From: Minisyncoccia bacterium
Lineage (GTDB): Bacteria > Patescibacteriota > Minisyncoccia > UBA6257 > 2-01-FULL-56-20
Direction of reading: 5' to 3'
Assembly: GCA_049997875.1 (NCBI GenBank)
Contig: JBEKRC010000001.1
Coordinates: 236,609-300,608, forward strand
DNA length: 64,000 nucleotides
Shown here: one piece after another, positions 1 through 9,695 of the stretch
How positions within the stretch are numbered: position 1 is the stretch's first letter
Layout of the letters: every line of letters starts with the position of its first letter
The notes under the pieces: generated by a model
Seen by the model: only the letters and a program-made list of their open reading frames with translations
What the model was told of the DNA's origin: nothing
Database searches by the model: none
Translations under genes and position numbers: made by a program

Positions 1-1
1 G

Positions 2-655
2 GGGTTCAATCATCGTTTCCAGGCGGCGATGCTCAAGGCGCATGAGATTTACAAAGAGGGGGGTATCGGAAAGATATTTATCATTCGGGCGCGATATGGG
101 CACGGCGGGCGGCCCGGCATGGAGAAAGAGTGGCGATTCAACAAGAAACTGTCGGGGGGCGGAGAGCTTTTGGATCAAGGGGTGCACCTTATAGACCTCG
201 CGCGCTGGTTCGGCGGGGAACCGACGACGGTCTACGGGCTCGCGCAGACGAAGTTCTGGCGGACAAAGCTGGAAGACAATGTCTTTGTGCTTATGAGGAA
301 CAATACAGTAACGGTTTCTTTCCATGTGAGCACGACCAACTGGAAGAACCTTTTCTCGTTTGAGATTTTTGGCGACAAGGGATACCTTCGGATAGATGGC
401 AAAGGAGGGAGCTATGGAGAGGAAGTGCTGACGTGGGGCCGCCGCCGGCCGGGGGCCGCACCCGATACCAAGGTTTTTAAGTTCCCTGGGTCCGATGAAA
501 GTTGGGAGCGCGAGTGGAAAAATTTCACCGGGGCGATCGCAGGGAGGAACAAAGTGATCGGCGATGCCATGGACGGCCTCCGCACGAACCAGATCGTGGA
601 AGCGCTTTATCGTTCTTCCCGCGAGCACAAAGAAATAAAGGTCAAATTGACATAA
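2..655 (+). CDS. Gfo/Idh/MocA-family oxidoreductase, C-terminal part (5' partial at window edge)
   Basis: ORF runs in from the window start. C-terminal alpha/beta domain resembles Gfo/Idh/MocA sugar dehydrogenases (GELLDQGVHLIDLARWF). It sits at the head of a glycan-synthesis cluster. Confidence 0.45.
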   Translation, partial: GFNHRFQAAMLKAHEIYKEGGIGKIFIIRARYGHGGRPGMEKEWRFNKKLSGGGELLDQGVHLIDLARWFGGEPTTVYGLAQTKFWRTKLEDNVFVLMRNNTVTVSFHVSTTNWKNLFSFEIFGDKGYLRIDGKGGSYGEEVLTWGRRRPGAAPDTKVFKFPGSDESWEREWKNFTGAIAGRNKVIGDAMDGLRTNQIVEALYRSSREHKEIKVKLT

Positions 656-684
656 ATTCCGATTGGTCGTAGAATATTTTAGTT

Positions 685-1410
685 ATGCCCAAATCTCTTA
701 ACGAGCTAAAACTCAAGATTTTTGCGGACGGAGCCGACAAATTGAGCATGGTGGCGCTGGCAAAAGATCCTCTCATCAAAGGTTTCACGACGAACCCGAC
801 GCTCATGCGGAAAGCCGGTGTGACGGATTATGCCGGATTCGCGAAAGAGGTCCTTGCGGAAATAAAAACAAAGCCGGTCTCTTTTGAGGTCTTTTCGGAC
901 GATTTTGACGAGATGGAGCGGCAGGCGCGGATCATCGCGTCGTGGGCGCCGAATGTTTACGTGAAGATCCCGGTGATGAATACCAAAAAGCAGTCATCGG
1001 CGCCGCTCGTCAAAAAACTTGCTCTTGGAGGCGTGAAATTGAACGTGACCGCGATTCTCACGCTCCCGCAAGTTAAGGAGGTCGCGGCGGCGCTTTCACC
1101 CAGAGTGCCGGCGATCGTTTCCGTCTTTGCCGGTCGCATCGCGGATACCGGCGTTGACCCGATTCCCATTATGAAGGATTGCAAAGCCGTGCTCGCTCGG
1201 ACGCCGAACTACGAACTCCTTTGGGCAAGCCCCCGCGAACTTTTGAACATCTACCAAGCCGAGGAGATCGGGGTGGATATTATTACCGTGACGCCGGACA
1301 TCTTGAAGAAGGGGGCAATGGTCGGCCTCAATCACCATGAATTATCGTATCAGACCGTGAAGATGTTCTACGATGACGGCCAGAAAGTCGGCTACACGCT
1401 TTACGAATGA
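685..1410 (+). CDS. tal: Transaldolase / fructose-6-phosphate aldolase family (short type, ~220 aa)
   Basis: GFTTNPTL motif, VKIP, NVTAI and SVFAGR blocks typical of the TalC/Fsa family. Stop overlaps the next start (ATGA). Confidence 0.7.
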   Translation: MPKSLNELKLKIFADGADKLSMVALAKDPLIKGFTTNPTLMRKAGVTDYAGFAKEVLAEIKTKPVSFEVFSDDFDEMERQARIIASWAPNVYVKIPVMNTKKQSSAPLVKKLALGGVKLNVTAILTLPQVKEVAAALSPRVPAIVSVFAGRIADTGVDPIPIMKDCKAVLARTPNYELLWASPRELLNIYQAEEIGVDIITVTPDILKKGAMVGLNHHELSYQTVKMFYDDGQKVGYTLYE

Positions 1411-2033
1411 TAGCCATGTATCACGACTACATCAATTCGTATCTTGACGAGGTGGGGGAGATCGCCAAAAAGCTTGACCGCGAGGAGATCAATCAGGCGA
1501 TCAATGTTTTGAAGGACGTCCGCGACAAGAAGGGCCGCCTTTTCATTTTGGGCGTCGGCGGCGGGGCGGGACATGCGAGCCACGCGGTGAATGATTTTCG
1601 GAAACTGACGGGAATCGAGGCCTATACGCCGGTGGACAACGTTTCGGAACTTACCGCCCGGACCAACGACGACGGGTTTCACACTATTTTTTCCAATTGG
1701 CTTCTCGGGAGCAATCTCCGCGCGAATGACGCCCTCCTTATCTTTTCCGTGGGGGGAGGCAACGCTGAGAAGAACATCAGCATGAACCTTGTAGAGGCGA
1801 TGAGACTTGCAAAGGAGGTGGGCGCGAAGATCATCGGCGTCGTCGGCCGCGACGGCGGACATACAAAGAAAATGGCCGATGTCTGCGTGCTCGTGCCGGT
1901 GGTAAATCCGGAGAACGTGACGCCGCACACCGAAGCGTTTCAAGCAGTTGTGTGGCACATCATCGTCTCACACCCGAAGTTCCGGGCACAGAAAGGCAAG
2001 TGGGAATCAACGCAGGGGACGCACAAAAAATAA
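1407..2033 (+). CDS. gmhA: Sedoheptulose-7-phosphate isomerase (SIS domain, GmhA-like)
   Basis: SIS-domain signature (FILGVGGGAGHASHAVNDF ... IFSVGGGN) as in phosphoheptose isomerases. Translationally coupled to the transaldolase. Confidence 0.65.
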   Translation: MIAMYHDYINSYLDEVGEIAKKLDREEINQAINVLKDVRDKKGRLFILGVGGGAGHASHAVNDFRKLTGIEAYTPVDNVSELTARTNDDGFHTIFSNWLLGSNLRANDALLIFSVGGGNAEKNISMNLVEAMRLAKEVGAKIIGVVGRDGGHTKKMADVCVLVPVVNPENVTPHTEAFQAVVWHIIVSHPKFRAQKGKWESTQGTHKK

Positions 2034-2036
2034 AAT

Positions 2037-2063
2037 ACCGCGCACGCGCGGTGTTTTATTTTA
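2037..2063. terminator. Bidirectional rho-independent terminator between convergent gmhA and DUF218 gene
   Basis: Palindrome ACCGCGC-AC-GCGCGGT flanked by a T-run (gttttattttatt) on the + side and an A-run on the - side. Confidence 0.5.
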
Positions 2064-2775
2064 TTACGGAAGCGATGCTTTTATATTTGCCCGCAAAGAG
2101 ATCATTTATCCCGCTCATTTCCCGGTCAAGATTGCGCGCGTAGGATTTTGATCCGAATATCCGGCGGACGCGGTCGCCGTATTTTGCGGGATCTGCATCC
2201 AGGAGGACAAGTTCGCTCGCGTGGCATTCAAGGGTTATGCCTTTGAACTTTGATTCTTTCTTCAGATGTTCCTGCGCCATTACGATCGTGCGCGGGAGAT
2301 GGACGGCGACCGTGAGGATCGCGACTTTCGGGACCCGGAGCCGCGTCGCAAGGGAGAAAACATTGTAAAGCTCCCGATTCGTCCCCGATGCATCCGCTTT
2401 CCATTCTTCCTCGTTGAAAATGTTTACCTCGGGCACCATCCCGTTTTGTCGTTTTGCTTCCGCGAGGAAGGCATCAGTCATTATTTGGGATTCGCTCGGA
2501 GCGCCGATGGAATTCAGATATTTTGAACGGGCGCCGTACGCGCACGTCACTATTTGCGGTCGCAGTTTCCTGGCAAGCAGAGCTCCGGCGAGAACGTTCA
2601 GCTCGCCGCCGCCGATGACGGAATTCCGGACGTTGTCGTTTTCCGGCACCCGGACCGCGAGATGCGCCCCTTTTTTGTCGCATATTTCAAGATCGGGCGT
2701 GAGGACCCACTCTTGGCTTGTGGCGGAGGGATGTTGGATCCCACGTCCAAGGATTGCGAGGAGGGTGTTGGTCAT
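2056..2775 (-). CDS. DUF218 (YdcF/SanA/ElyC-like) domain protein, paralog 1
   Basis: Shares blocks with DUF218 proteins (YG..S....PSESQIM ; ILTVAVHLPR). The conserved LLAILGRG N-terminus fixes the start at 2775. Paralogous to the next gene. Confidence 0.4.
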   Translation of the reverse strand: MTNTLLAILGRGIQHPSATSQEWVLTPDLEICDKKGAHLAVRVPENDNVRNSVIGGGELNVLAGALLARKLRPQIVTCAYGARSKYLNSIGAPSESQIMTDAFLAEAKRQNGMVPEVNIFNEEEWKADASGTNRELYNVFSLATRLRVPKVAILTVAVHLPRTIVMAQEHLKKESKFKGITLECHASELVLLDADPAKYGDRVRRIFGSKSYARNLDREMSGINDLFAGKYKSIASVIK

Positions 2776-2864
2776 GTAATAGATTCTATATAAAAAAGGG
2801 TGGCCTGTCCCGCTGGGCGATGAGTTGCCGGTTGGGACAGGCCGTTTTCGTGCGAGTTCGGCAC

Positions 2865-3638
2865 TTACTTTGTCGAGGTCGGCGTTGACTTGAGCTGGGT
2901 CGTCTGGGTGACACCACTTCGCATTGCCTCCAGTGCCGCAGCTTCGCGCCGCAAATTCGTGATGTAGGATTTGGACGAAACGAGCTCCCACACCCGATTC
3001 GCGTACTGTGCTGGCTCAAACCTCATGAGCACGCACTCGCTCACTTCGGGCTGGATCTTTCCTCGCAGGTTCCCGAGGCCGGGGGTTTGGAGGTGTTTCG
3101 CCACCATCCCCAGCACTCGCGTCATGTGGACGAGTACCGTGACGAGGACCACCTCGTCAAAATTTTTGGTCAGGGCGAGTTCAAGGATATTCCGGACCTC
3201 CCGGAACGTTCCCGAACCCTCAACCTGCCGGGCGGCTTCATCAAAGATATCCACGCGAGGGTTCACTCCCAGCCTTTCCCGGATGATTCCCTGGAAGAGG
3301 TGGGTCATGATTTCCGACTCGCTCGGGTAGTTACGTTGCAGGAGATACGGCGACCGGTTACCGTATGCAAAAACCGTAAGGTATGGGTTGAAATATTCGT
3401 ACAGAGCTACCGCAGCAGCGAGATTCAGTTCCCCGCCCCCGATGACTGAGTTCGGGTCATCGTCGTTTTTTGGAGGGAGGACCTCTGGTCGCAGGACGCC
3501 CGGGGTGATATCCCAGATGTCAAAATCCTTCGTAAGCGCCCAGGATCCGCCCGGGGAGTTCATCATCATCCCACGGCCAAGAGTGGCAAGAAGTCTTTTG
3601 GGCAAAGCGCACCTCCTAGAAAAGTTTACAAACAGCAC
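2865..3638 (-). CDS. DUF218 (YdcF/SanA/ElyC-like) domain protein, paralog 2
   Basis: Same blocks as its neighbour (DPNSVIGGGELN, YGNRSPYL..PSESEIM, VLVTVLVHMTR). Tandem paralog. Confidence 0.4.
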   Translation of the reverse strand: MLFVNFSRRCALPKRLLATLGRGMMMNSPGGSWALTKDFDIWDITPGVLRPEVLPPKNDDDPNSVIGGGELNLAAAVALYEYFNPYLTVFAYGNRSPYLLQRNYPSESEIMTHLFQGIIRERLGVNPRVDIFDEAARQVEGSGTFREVRNILELALTKNFDEVVLVTVLVHMTRVLGMVAKHLQTPGLGNLRGKIQPEVSECVLMRFEPAQYANRVWELVSSKSYITNLRREAAALEAMRSGVTQTTQLKSTPTSTK

Positions 3639-3740
3639 GATTTCGCAAATTCTGTGCTGCGCACATTATTGCATACCGCTTTAAAAATGTCAATACCACG
3701 GGGTTTAATGCCAAGGAAGGTACTGTTATAATGTTCCTAC

Positions 3741-4427
3741 ATGAAATTGATATCCTTGAATACTTGGGACGGCGCGACAGGAGATGTCTTCGCTGGATTC
3801 GTAAAAGAACAAGCCCGCGATACGGACATTTTTTGTTTTCAGGAGGTTCGTGAAAACGCGCGGACGCTTTGCAGGACGGCCATTCCGGATTATAAGGAGA
3901 TCGCCGCATATAAGCGCACGGCCGAAGGTAAGGATGCTTCTCAAACAACGTACCTCAATAAAAGGATGCGCTTACTGTCTTCGGAAGTGATATTTGAGGA
4001 AAGGGACGATCCCGGCCTTGGGATGTATGTGGAAGTTTCGTTCAGAAGCGGCAGCCTTCACATCATTAATTTTCATGGCAACTGGAATCCAGTGAACAAG
4101 TTGGATAGCCCGGAGAGGATACGGCAATCACAGGAATTAGTCGCTTTCTTGAAAGCTAAGGAAGGGCCTAAAATGGTTATGGGCGATTTTAATCTCCTTC
4201 CCGACACGGAGGGCATCCGATTATTTGAGCTGAACGGCTATCGCAATCTGATCAAAGATTTCCACATCGCGACTACGCGGAACCGCCTTGGTTGGGACAG
4301 ATTCCCGGGCAACAAGCAGCTGTATGCCGATTATGTTTTTGTCAGCCCCGACGTGGCGATAAAAAGTTTCTCGGTGCCGGATGTGGAAATTTCGGACCAC
4401 TTGCCGATGATCGTAGATATTGAATAA
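3741..4427 (+). CDS. Endonuclease/exonuclease/phosphatase (EEP) family protein
   Basis: N-terminal SLNTW, GDFNLLPDTE and C-terminal SDHLPMIVDI motifs of the EEP fold. Confidence 0.6.
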   Translation: MKLISLNTWDGATGDVFAGFVKEQARDTDIFCFQEVRENARTLCRTAIPDYKEIAAYKRTAEGKDASQTTYLNKRMRLLSSEVIFEERDDPGLGMYVEVSFRSGSLHIINFHGNWNPVNKLDSPERIRQSQELVAFLKAKEGPKMVMGDFNLLPDTEGIRLFELNGYRNLIKDFHIATTRNRLGWDRFPGNKQLYADYVFVSPDVAIKSFSVPDVEISDHLPMIVDIE

Positions 4428-4434
4428 TATAAGC

Positions 4435-5028
4435 ATGGCGCAAAAAAAACGACCGGCGGTGTTTTTGGACAGGGATGGAACGATCATCCGGCAGGTAGAG
4501 CTGCTTCACAAGCCGTCGCAGTTGAAGATTTTCCCCGAAACCGCCGAAGCGGTCAAAGCATTTAATAAGCTCGGCTATGTAACGGTCATCATCACGAACC
4601 AGCCGGTAGTTGCGCGCGGGATCATTGGACCGAAAGAGGTTGATCGCATCCACGCCATCCTTATAAAGCGCCTTGCAAAGCGCGGTGCAAAGATAGACGC
4701 CGTGTATTTCTGCCCGCACCATCCGAAAGCGAACATGAAGAAATACCGGATGGTGTGCAAGTGCAGGAAGCCGAATCCCGGAATGATCTTAAAAGCGGTC
4801 AAAGAATATGGCATAGACCTCAAAAAAAGTTTTCTCGTGGGCGACAGCACGCAGGACGTTTTGGCCGGCAATCGCGCCAAGGTTAAGGTGATTTTGGTGA
4901 GAACGGGCCATGGCGGGAAAGATCCGTGGCAGCACGAGGGAAAACCGGATTTTGTTGTGAAAAATCTTAGGGGCGCTGCCCGGATTATCAAAAAACTTTC
5001 GCGGACTTCCCGCGTCAGATCAAAGTGA
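4435..5028 (+). CDS. gmhB: D,D-heptose 1,7-bisphosphate phosphatase (HAD, histidinol-phosphatase-like; GmhB)
   Basis: FLDRDGT catalytic motif, Zn-binding CxCRKPNPGM insert and GDS..D. The ATG at 4435 is preferred over the TTG at 4420. Confidence 0.7.
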   Translation: MAQKKRPAVFLDRDGTIIRQVELLHKPSQLKIFPETAEAVKAFNKLGYVTVIITNQPVVARGIIGPKEVDRIHAILIKRLAKRGAKIDAVYFCPHHPKANMKKYRMVCKCRKPNPGMILKAVKEYGIDLKKSFLVGDSTQDVLAGNRAKVKVILVRTGHGGKDPWQHEGKPDFVVKNLRGAARIIKKLSRTSRVRSK

Positions 5029-5045
5029 AAGAGTTTTGCCCTGTC

Positions 5046-5987
5046 TCACTGCCATTTACCGCAAATAGTGTCAGGGTTGATCATTTTCCAATTCTTTTTG
5101 GGGAGCAGTTGCCGGATTTTCCGGACAAGCGTCGGTTCCCCGGCGATGAACCCAAGACCATTCGTCTCGCGGGGAAGCGCGAAAGCGCGCTCATCGGGCT
5201 TTTGGACCGGGATGGCGATGCCTCCTTTGAGACGATAGAACCAAACAGCTTTCGCGGTTTCTCTAAGGAGTGGGAGCGCCTGCGCCCAATCCCACGGTTT
5301 CTGCGGAGGTTGGATCACGAGGCCTACTCTTCCTAAGGCCACATTTGCGAGCGCGAGAAGGCCCGATCCCGCAACGTATAATCCCTGCACATTCACGGCA
5401 ATCTCCGTTTCCATTTTTTGCAGGTTGGGATATAGCATCGCGTCCACGCCCATTTTCACGATGACCTCCCTTGTTTTTGGCTTGTTCCTTACTGCGGAGA
5501 TCCGCCGCACTGGATCAGTTCCTTCTTTGAAGAAAGCGCCCTTGGCGCGTTCCGCGAAGACAAGGAGCCCGTCGTTCATCATCGGGGCGATGATGGCGCC
5601 TCCAAGGAAAACGCCGTTGCGGATCGTGCCGACGCCGATTGACCAATCGCCTTGGTCATGGGAGAAGGGCGTCGTTCCGTCCAAAGGGTCTACGACGAAG
5701 TACAGTCCTTTGCCCAGGATTCCTTTCGGATTTTTCGGGGAGAGCGCTGCGGGGTGAGAAGTTTTCTCTTCTCCCAGTATTTTCGCATGAGGGAATCTGG
5801 AAAGGAGTTTTTTGAAGATGATCCTTTGCGATTTACGATCCGCCTCGGTGATGATTGAACGCGGCCCTTCGCCGGGTTTTATCTTCCCCCGGTGGGAGCT
5901 CTTTTTAACAGTTATTGCAGCCTCAACCACCGCCTCCACGGCAGTTTGTATCTCTGGCGAAAGGACCTTCAATGTTCCTGATCGCAT
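5046..5987 (-). CDS. Inositol monophosphatase / FBPase-family sugar phosphatase
   Basis: VVDPLDGT and WDWAQA motifs of the IMPase/SuhB/CysQ family. Confidence 0.55.
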   Translation of the reverse strand: MRSGTLKVLSPEIQTAVEAVVEAAITVKKSSHRGKIKPGEGPRSIITEADRKSQRIIFKKLLSRFPHAKILGEEKTSHPAALSPKNPKGILGKGLYFVVDPLDGTTPFSHDQGDWSIGVGTIRNGVFLGGAIIAPMMNDGLLVFAERAKGAFFKEGTDPVRRISAVRNKPKTREVIVKMGVDAMLYPNLQKMETEIAVNVQGLYVAGSGLLALANVALGRVGLVIQPPQKPWDWAQALPLLRETAKAVWFYRLKGGIAIPVQKPDERAFALPRETNGLGFIAGEPTLVRKIRQLLPKKNWKMINPDTICGKWQ

Positions 5988-6049
5988 TACTTATAAATCT
6001 TACCAGATTCAATTTGATTTTTGGCGTCAAATGGGAGTATATTCAAGCC

Positions 6050-6793
6050 ATGATCAAACAAGCGGTGCTTTTGTGCGGCGGCGAGGGCACGCGGCTGCGC
6101 CCTTACACCTATACGATGTCCAAGCAGATGATCCCGATCCTTGGGCATCCGCTCACCGAATGGAATATCGTGCAGTTCAAGAAGCACGGCGTCACGGATT
6201 TTCTAATCAACTTATATACCAAGCCGGAAGTGATGCGGGGTTACCTCGGCGACGGTTCCAAATGGGACGTGAAGATCACGTATAACCTGGAAGAAAAGCC
6301 GCCGGGGGTTGCCGGCAGCATAAAGCTGTTTGAAAAATATGCCGATGACGAATTTTTTGTGATCTACGGGGACATGCTTAGTTTTGTGGATTATACGAAG
6401 ATGGAAAAGGTGTGGCGGGAAAAACCGGCGGGAGCAATGGGGATGCAGCGCACGCAGAAAATGGAGGATTATCGCGACGCCGACGTCGCGGAGCTTGATG
6501 TGAACGGGAAGTTCGTGGCCATCCACCCGAAACCCCACGACAGGGCATATCCGAACGCGCACCGCATGCGGGGAGTGTTTATTTTGAAAAAGAAAATACT
6601 TTCCTATGTCCCTACCGACCGGTACTACGAGATCGGCAGGGACCTTTTGCCCGACATTATCAAGCACGGAGAGTCGTTTTACTCTTATGAATGCAGCGAT
6701 TATTCCAAAGGGATTGATACTGTGGAAAAATGGAGGGAGGTGGAAGAGTATTTGCGGCAGCACAACATCACTTTTGATAGTTTCGCCAAATAG
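6050..6793 (+). CDS. Sugar-1-phosphate nucleotidyltransferase (NTP_transferase; possibly a heptose/mannose-1-P guanylyltransferase)
   Basis: AVLLCGGEGTRLRP glycine-rich loop of the RmlA/GMP/HddC family. Start taken at MIKQAVLL. Confidence 0.6.
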   Translation: MIKQAVLLCGGEGTRLRPYTYTMSKQMIPILGHPLTEWNIVQFKKHGVTDFLINLYTKPEVMRGYLGDGSKWDVKITYNLEEKPPGVAGSIKLFEKYADDEFFVIYGDMLSFVDYTKMEKVWREKPAGAMGMQRTQKMEDYRDADVAELDVNGKFVAIHPKPHDRAYPNAHRMRGVFILKKKILSYVPTDRYYEIGRDLLPDIIKHGESFYSYECSDYSKGIDTVEKWREVEEYLRQHNITFDSFAK

Positions 6794-6807
6794 GTATCAT
6801 TTCTGTT

Positions 6808-7632
6808 ATGGCAACCCCGCGGGTAAGTGTTCTCACGGCGACCTGGAATCATGAACGCGTCATCGGACAAGCGATTCAAAGCGTGCTGGATCAAACGTTC
6901 AAAGACTGGGAACTCGTCATTGTTGACGACGGGTCTATTGATCGCACGGCGGAGGTTGTGAGGGAATGGCAGAAAAAAGATAAGCGCATCAAATATTTCC
7001 ACCCGGATCATCATATAGGCCGCATCGCTGTTGTTTCCAACGCCGGCCTTAAAGAAGCGCGCGGGGAATTTGTCGCGGTGCTTGATGGCGACGATTGGTG
7101 GGCGGATAAAAGAAAACTTGAGAAGCAGATCACGTTTTTGGATGCGCACCAAGATTATATCGGCTGCGGAGGGGGATTTATTGTGATGGGCGGGGAAGGT
7201 AAGGAGGTTTCAAGGTTGTTGAAGCCGGAAACCGACGAGGCGATTCGGCGTATAGCGCTCTACGCGAATCCGATGACGAACTCGTCAGGCATATTCAGGC
7301 GCGAGAGGGCGGGGTTTTACGATGAAAGCATGCCTCAATTCGCCGACTGGGATTTTTGGCTCACGGCCGGCACGAAAGGCAAGCTCTATAATTTCCCGGA
7401 ATATTTCCTTGCGTATCGCATGTGGGACCGGGGGAGCTCGTTTGTCAATCAGAGACAGAACGCGAATGCGGCGTTCGCGATTTTCAAGAAGCACAAGAGG
7501 GAATATCCGGGGTCAACAAAAGCGTTTTTCCTCATCACGCTGTATTGGTGCTACGCCTTCCTCCCGATATGGTTCAGGCGGGCGGTCAACGCGCCCCTCT
7601 CGCGGCTTAAGAAGTTGATGTTTTCGGGATAG
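6808..7632 (+). CDS. Glycosyltransferase family 2
   Basis: VSVLTATWNHE ... VDDGSIDRT ... DGDDWW (DxD) GT-A fold signature. Confidence 0.65.
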   Translation: MATPRVSVLTATWNHERVIGQAIQSVLDQTFKDWELVIVDDGSIDRTAEVVREWQKKDKRIKYFHPDHHIGRIAVVSNAGLKEARGEFVAVLDGDDWWADKRKLEKQITFLDAHQDYIGCGGGFIVMGGEGKEVSRLLKPETDEAIRRIALYANPMTNSSGIFRRERAGFYDESMPQFADWDFWLTAGTKGKLYNFPEYFLAYRMWDRGSSFVNQRQNANAAFAIFKKHKREYPGSTKAFFLITLYWCYAFLPIWFRRAVNAPLSRLKKLMFSG

Positions 7633-9091
7633 CTCCGCGGAGAATACTTTTGAGTTCAATAAGGAGCGGTTCGTGGAGGCGGTAAAGGATGAGGAAATAG
7701 AACGCGGCGCAAACCGCGATGGTTATGACGACATTCACGCTAAGGAAGAAAAGGAAAACGGCCATCGCGCCCATCACGACCCCTGCGGTGATGATCTTTT
7801 TGAGTTGCGGCGCAACCTCAAAGTAATTTATCCTTTTCATCACGTGCCATAGGTACCAGTTGGTTACGATCTGGGTGAGGAGCGTGCCGAATGCGGATCC
7901 TGCGATGCCGAAAGGCGGAATAAGGATGAGGTCAAGAGCGACGTTCATGATGCCGCCGATGAGCGAAGCAACGATCAAGCTCTTTTGGCGGTCATAGGCG
8001 AATATGGCGGTGCTTATAATCACAGTGGGATAATCAACGATCAAAGTGATCATAAGGATCTTGAGTGCCAAACCGCCCGAGACATATGCGGTTCCGAAGA
8101 CAAGATCCATTATTTGCGTTCCGAGGATCGCTCCGCCGATTGCCATTGGTACCGACGCGAGAAAGAGAAGTCCCACGATTCGCTCAAGCGCGCTGCGGAA
8201 CTTCACGCTACTCGTGTTTACAAACCGCGAAAGGGTAGGGAAGGTGCTTAGTTGGAAGATTGAGGGGATAATGTAGAGGACCTGAATGATGCGGATCACC
8301 GCTGAATAGATGCCAACTTCGGAAGCGGACCGCATCCAGCTGACGATGAGGATGTCGGTATTTGTGAGGAGAATCCCCAAGGCGCCCGTGATTGCGAACG
8401 GCCACGCGGAGGTAAGAATCGGTTTTATGAGCCGTGCGGAGAAATAAGAGAAGATATGTGCAAGGCGTTTTCTGAGCACGGTGATTGCGGTTATGGCTCC
8501 GAATGCCGTTCCTGCGACATATGCCCAGCCGAATGAAAGGGCCGTTCTTGAATAACTAAGAAAAAGGAAACCGGCGATGACAATACCAAGGTTGGTGAGG
8601 AGGAAGATGCCCGTCTCCCATTCCATTTTTTCATTTGCGCGGATGAAGGAGGAAAGGAACTCACGCGTGGTGTCCAGTGCGATGATGAGCGCTACGATTG
8701 GTAGTAACGCGGTAGCTCCGGGGAGCGTGCTGAAGAGCGGTGCTACAAAGAGTACTATGAGCACCGCGCCGGCAATGAGGGCGAGTTTCACGGCAAGCGT
8801 GGTTGAGAGAATGCGAAGGCGCCCATCTTCGTTGGTCGCTTTCGGCACCTCGCGCATGACCATTGAATTCACGCCGGGATCAAAGAAGAGCGTGAAGAAT
8901 CCTGCAAGCGTGAGGGCGTAGGAGAACACCCCATACTCGGCGGTGCCCAAAACACGCGCGCCGTAGATGATAATGATGGCTTTCAGAGCTTTTCCGCCGA
9001 AGTTGGAAAACGCGGCCCAGAAGGTGTTTTTAGCGACCGTTTGCCTGACAGTTTTGTTCTCAAAAAGGAACGATTTTATTTTTTTGAACAT
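7607..9091 (-). CDS. Wzx-type oligosaccharide flippase (MOP superfamily polysaccharide biosynthesis protein)
   Basis: About 490 aa with 12-14 predicted TM segments. The N-terminus is typical of PST/Wzx proteins (TVAKNTFWAAFSNFGGKALKAIIIIYGARVLG). Confidence 0.55.
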   Translation of the reverse strand: MFKKIKSFLFENKTVRQTVAKNTFWAAFSNFGGKALKAIIIIYGARVLGTAEYGVFSYALTLAGFFTLFFDPGVNSMVMREVPKATNEDGRLRILSTTLAVKLALIAGAVLIVLFVAPLFSTLPGATALLPIVALIIALDTTREFLSSFIRANEKMEWETGIFLLTNLGIVIAGFLFLSYSRTALSFGWAYVAGTAFGAITAITVLRKRLAHIFSYFSARLIKPILTSAWPFAITGALGILLTNTDILIVSWMRSASEVGIYSAVIRIIQVLYIIPSIFQLSTFPTLSRFVNTSSVKFRSALERIVGLLFLASVPMAIGGAILGTQIMDLVFGTAYVSGGLALKILMITLIVDYPTVIISTAIFAYDRQKSLIVASLIGGIMNVALDLILIPPFGIAGSAFGTLLTQIVTNWYLWHVMKRINYFEVAPQLKKIITAGVVMGAMAVFLFFLSVNVVITIAVCAAFYFLILYRLHEPLLIELKSILRGAIPKTSTS

Positions 9092-9161
9092 CAGAGGTGT
9101 TATACTTAAGGAAAGCGCCAGTGCGATAATGTAATACTATCGCGAAGCCGCGATTTCGTAA

Positions 9162-9695
9162 ATGAAAAGGAAAACGGCCCGGCGGAAGAAAAAAGTGGTT
9201 GCGGTGAGCGGGGGGTTTGACCCGATCCACATTGGTCATGTCCGGTTGTTTGAACGCGCAAAATCGCTCGGTGACGAGCTCGTCGTCATTCTGAACAATG
9301 ACAACTGGCTTCGGAAGAAGAAACACCATGCGTTCATGCCTGATTACGAGCGGATGGAAGTGATCAAAGCGTTGCGCCCGGTGGATCGCGTGGTGCTCAC
9401 GAAGCACGGGAAAAATCCGAAGGACATGAGTGTATCCCGTGAATTGCGTGAGCTCCGGCCCCATATTTTGGCGAACGGCGGCGACCGGAACAAGAAAGAC
9501 GCCGCGAATCCTGCGTCCTCGCTCTATAAAGACATCAACACCTGTAAAGAGCTTGGGATTGCGACGGTGTTCAATGTGGGCGACGGCGGCAAGGTGCAAT
9601 CAAGCTCGTGGCTGTTGGAGAAATATGTGAAGCGTGTGAGTGGTACGCGGGCGCGCCGCCGCCGTGCCGTGAGTGTGGCGAGGCGCAGGCGCTAA
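9162..9695 (+). CDS. Cytidylyltransferase-like nucleotidyltransferase (HldE domain II / RfaE-like heptose-1-P adenylyltransferase or TagD-like)
   Basis: VVAVSGGFDPIHIGHV (HxGH) motif and a second RPHILANGGD block. The C-terminal tail overlaps the convergent epimerase. Confidence 0.5.
   Translation: MKRKTARRKKKVVAVSGGFDPIHIGHVRLFERAKSLGDELVVILNNDNWLRKKKHHAFMPDYERMEVIKALRPVDRVVLTKHGKNPKDMSVSRELRELRPHILANGGDRNKKDAANPASSLYKDINTCKELGIATVFNVGDGGKVQSSSWLLEKYVKRVSGTRARRRRAVSVARRRR

Noticed and set aside
5915-6049. Long N-terminal extension of the nucleotidyltransferase (MQPQPPPPRQ...)
   Set aside because: The extension overlaps the convergent IMPase-family gene end and is low-complexity. The conserved G-rich loop begins right after the internal Met at 6050.
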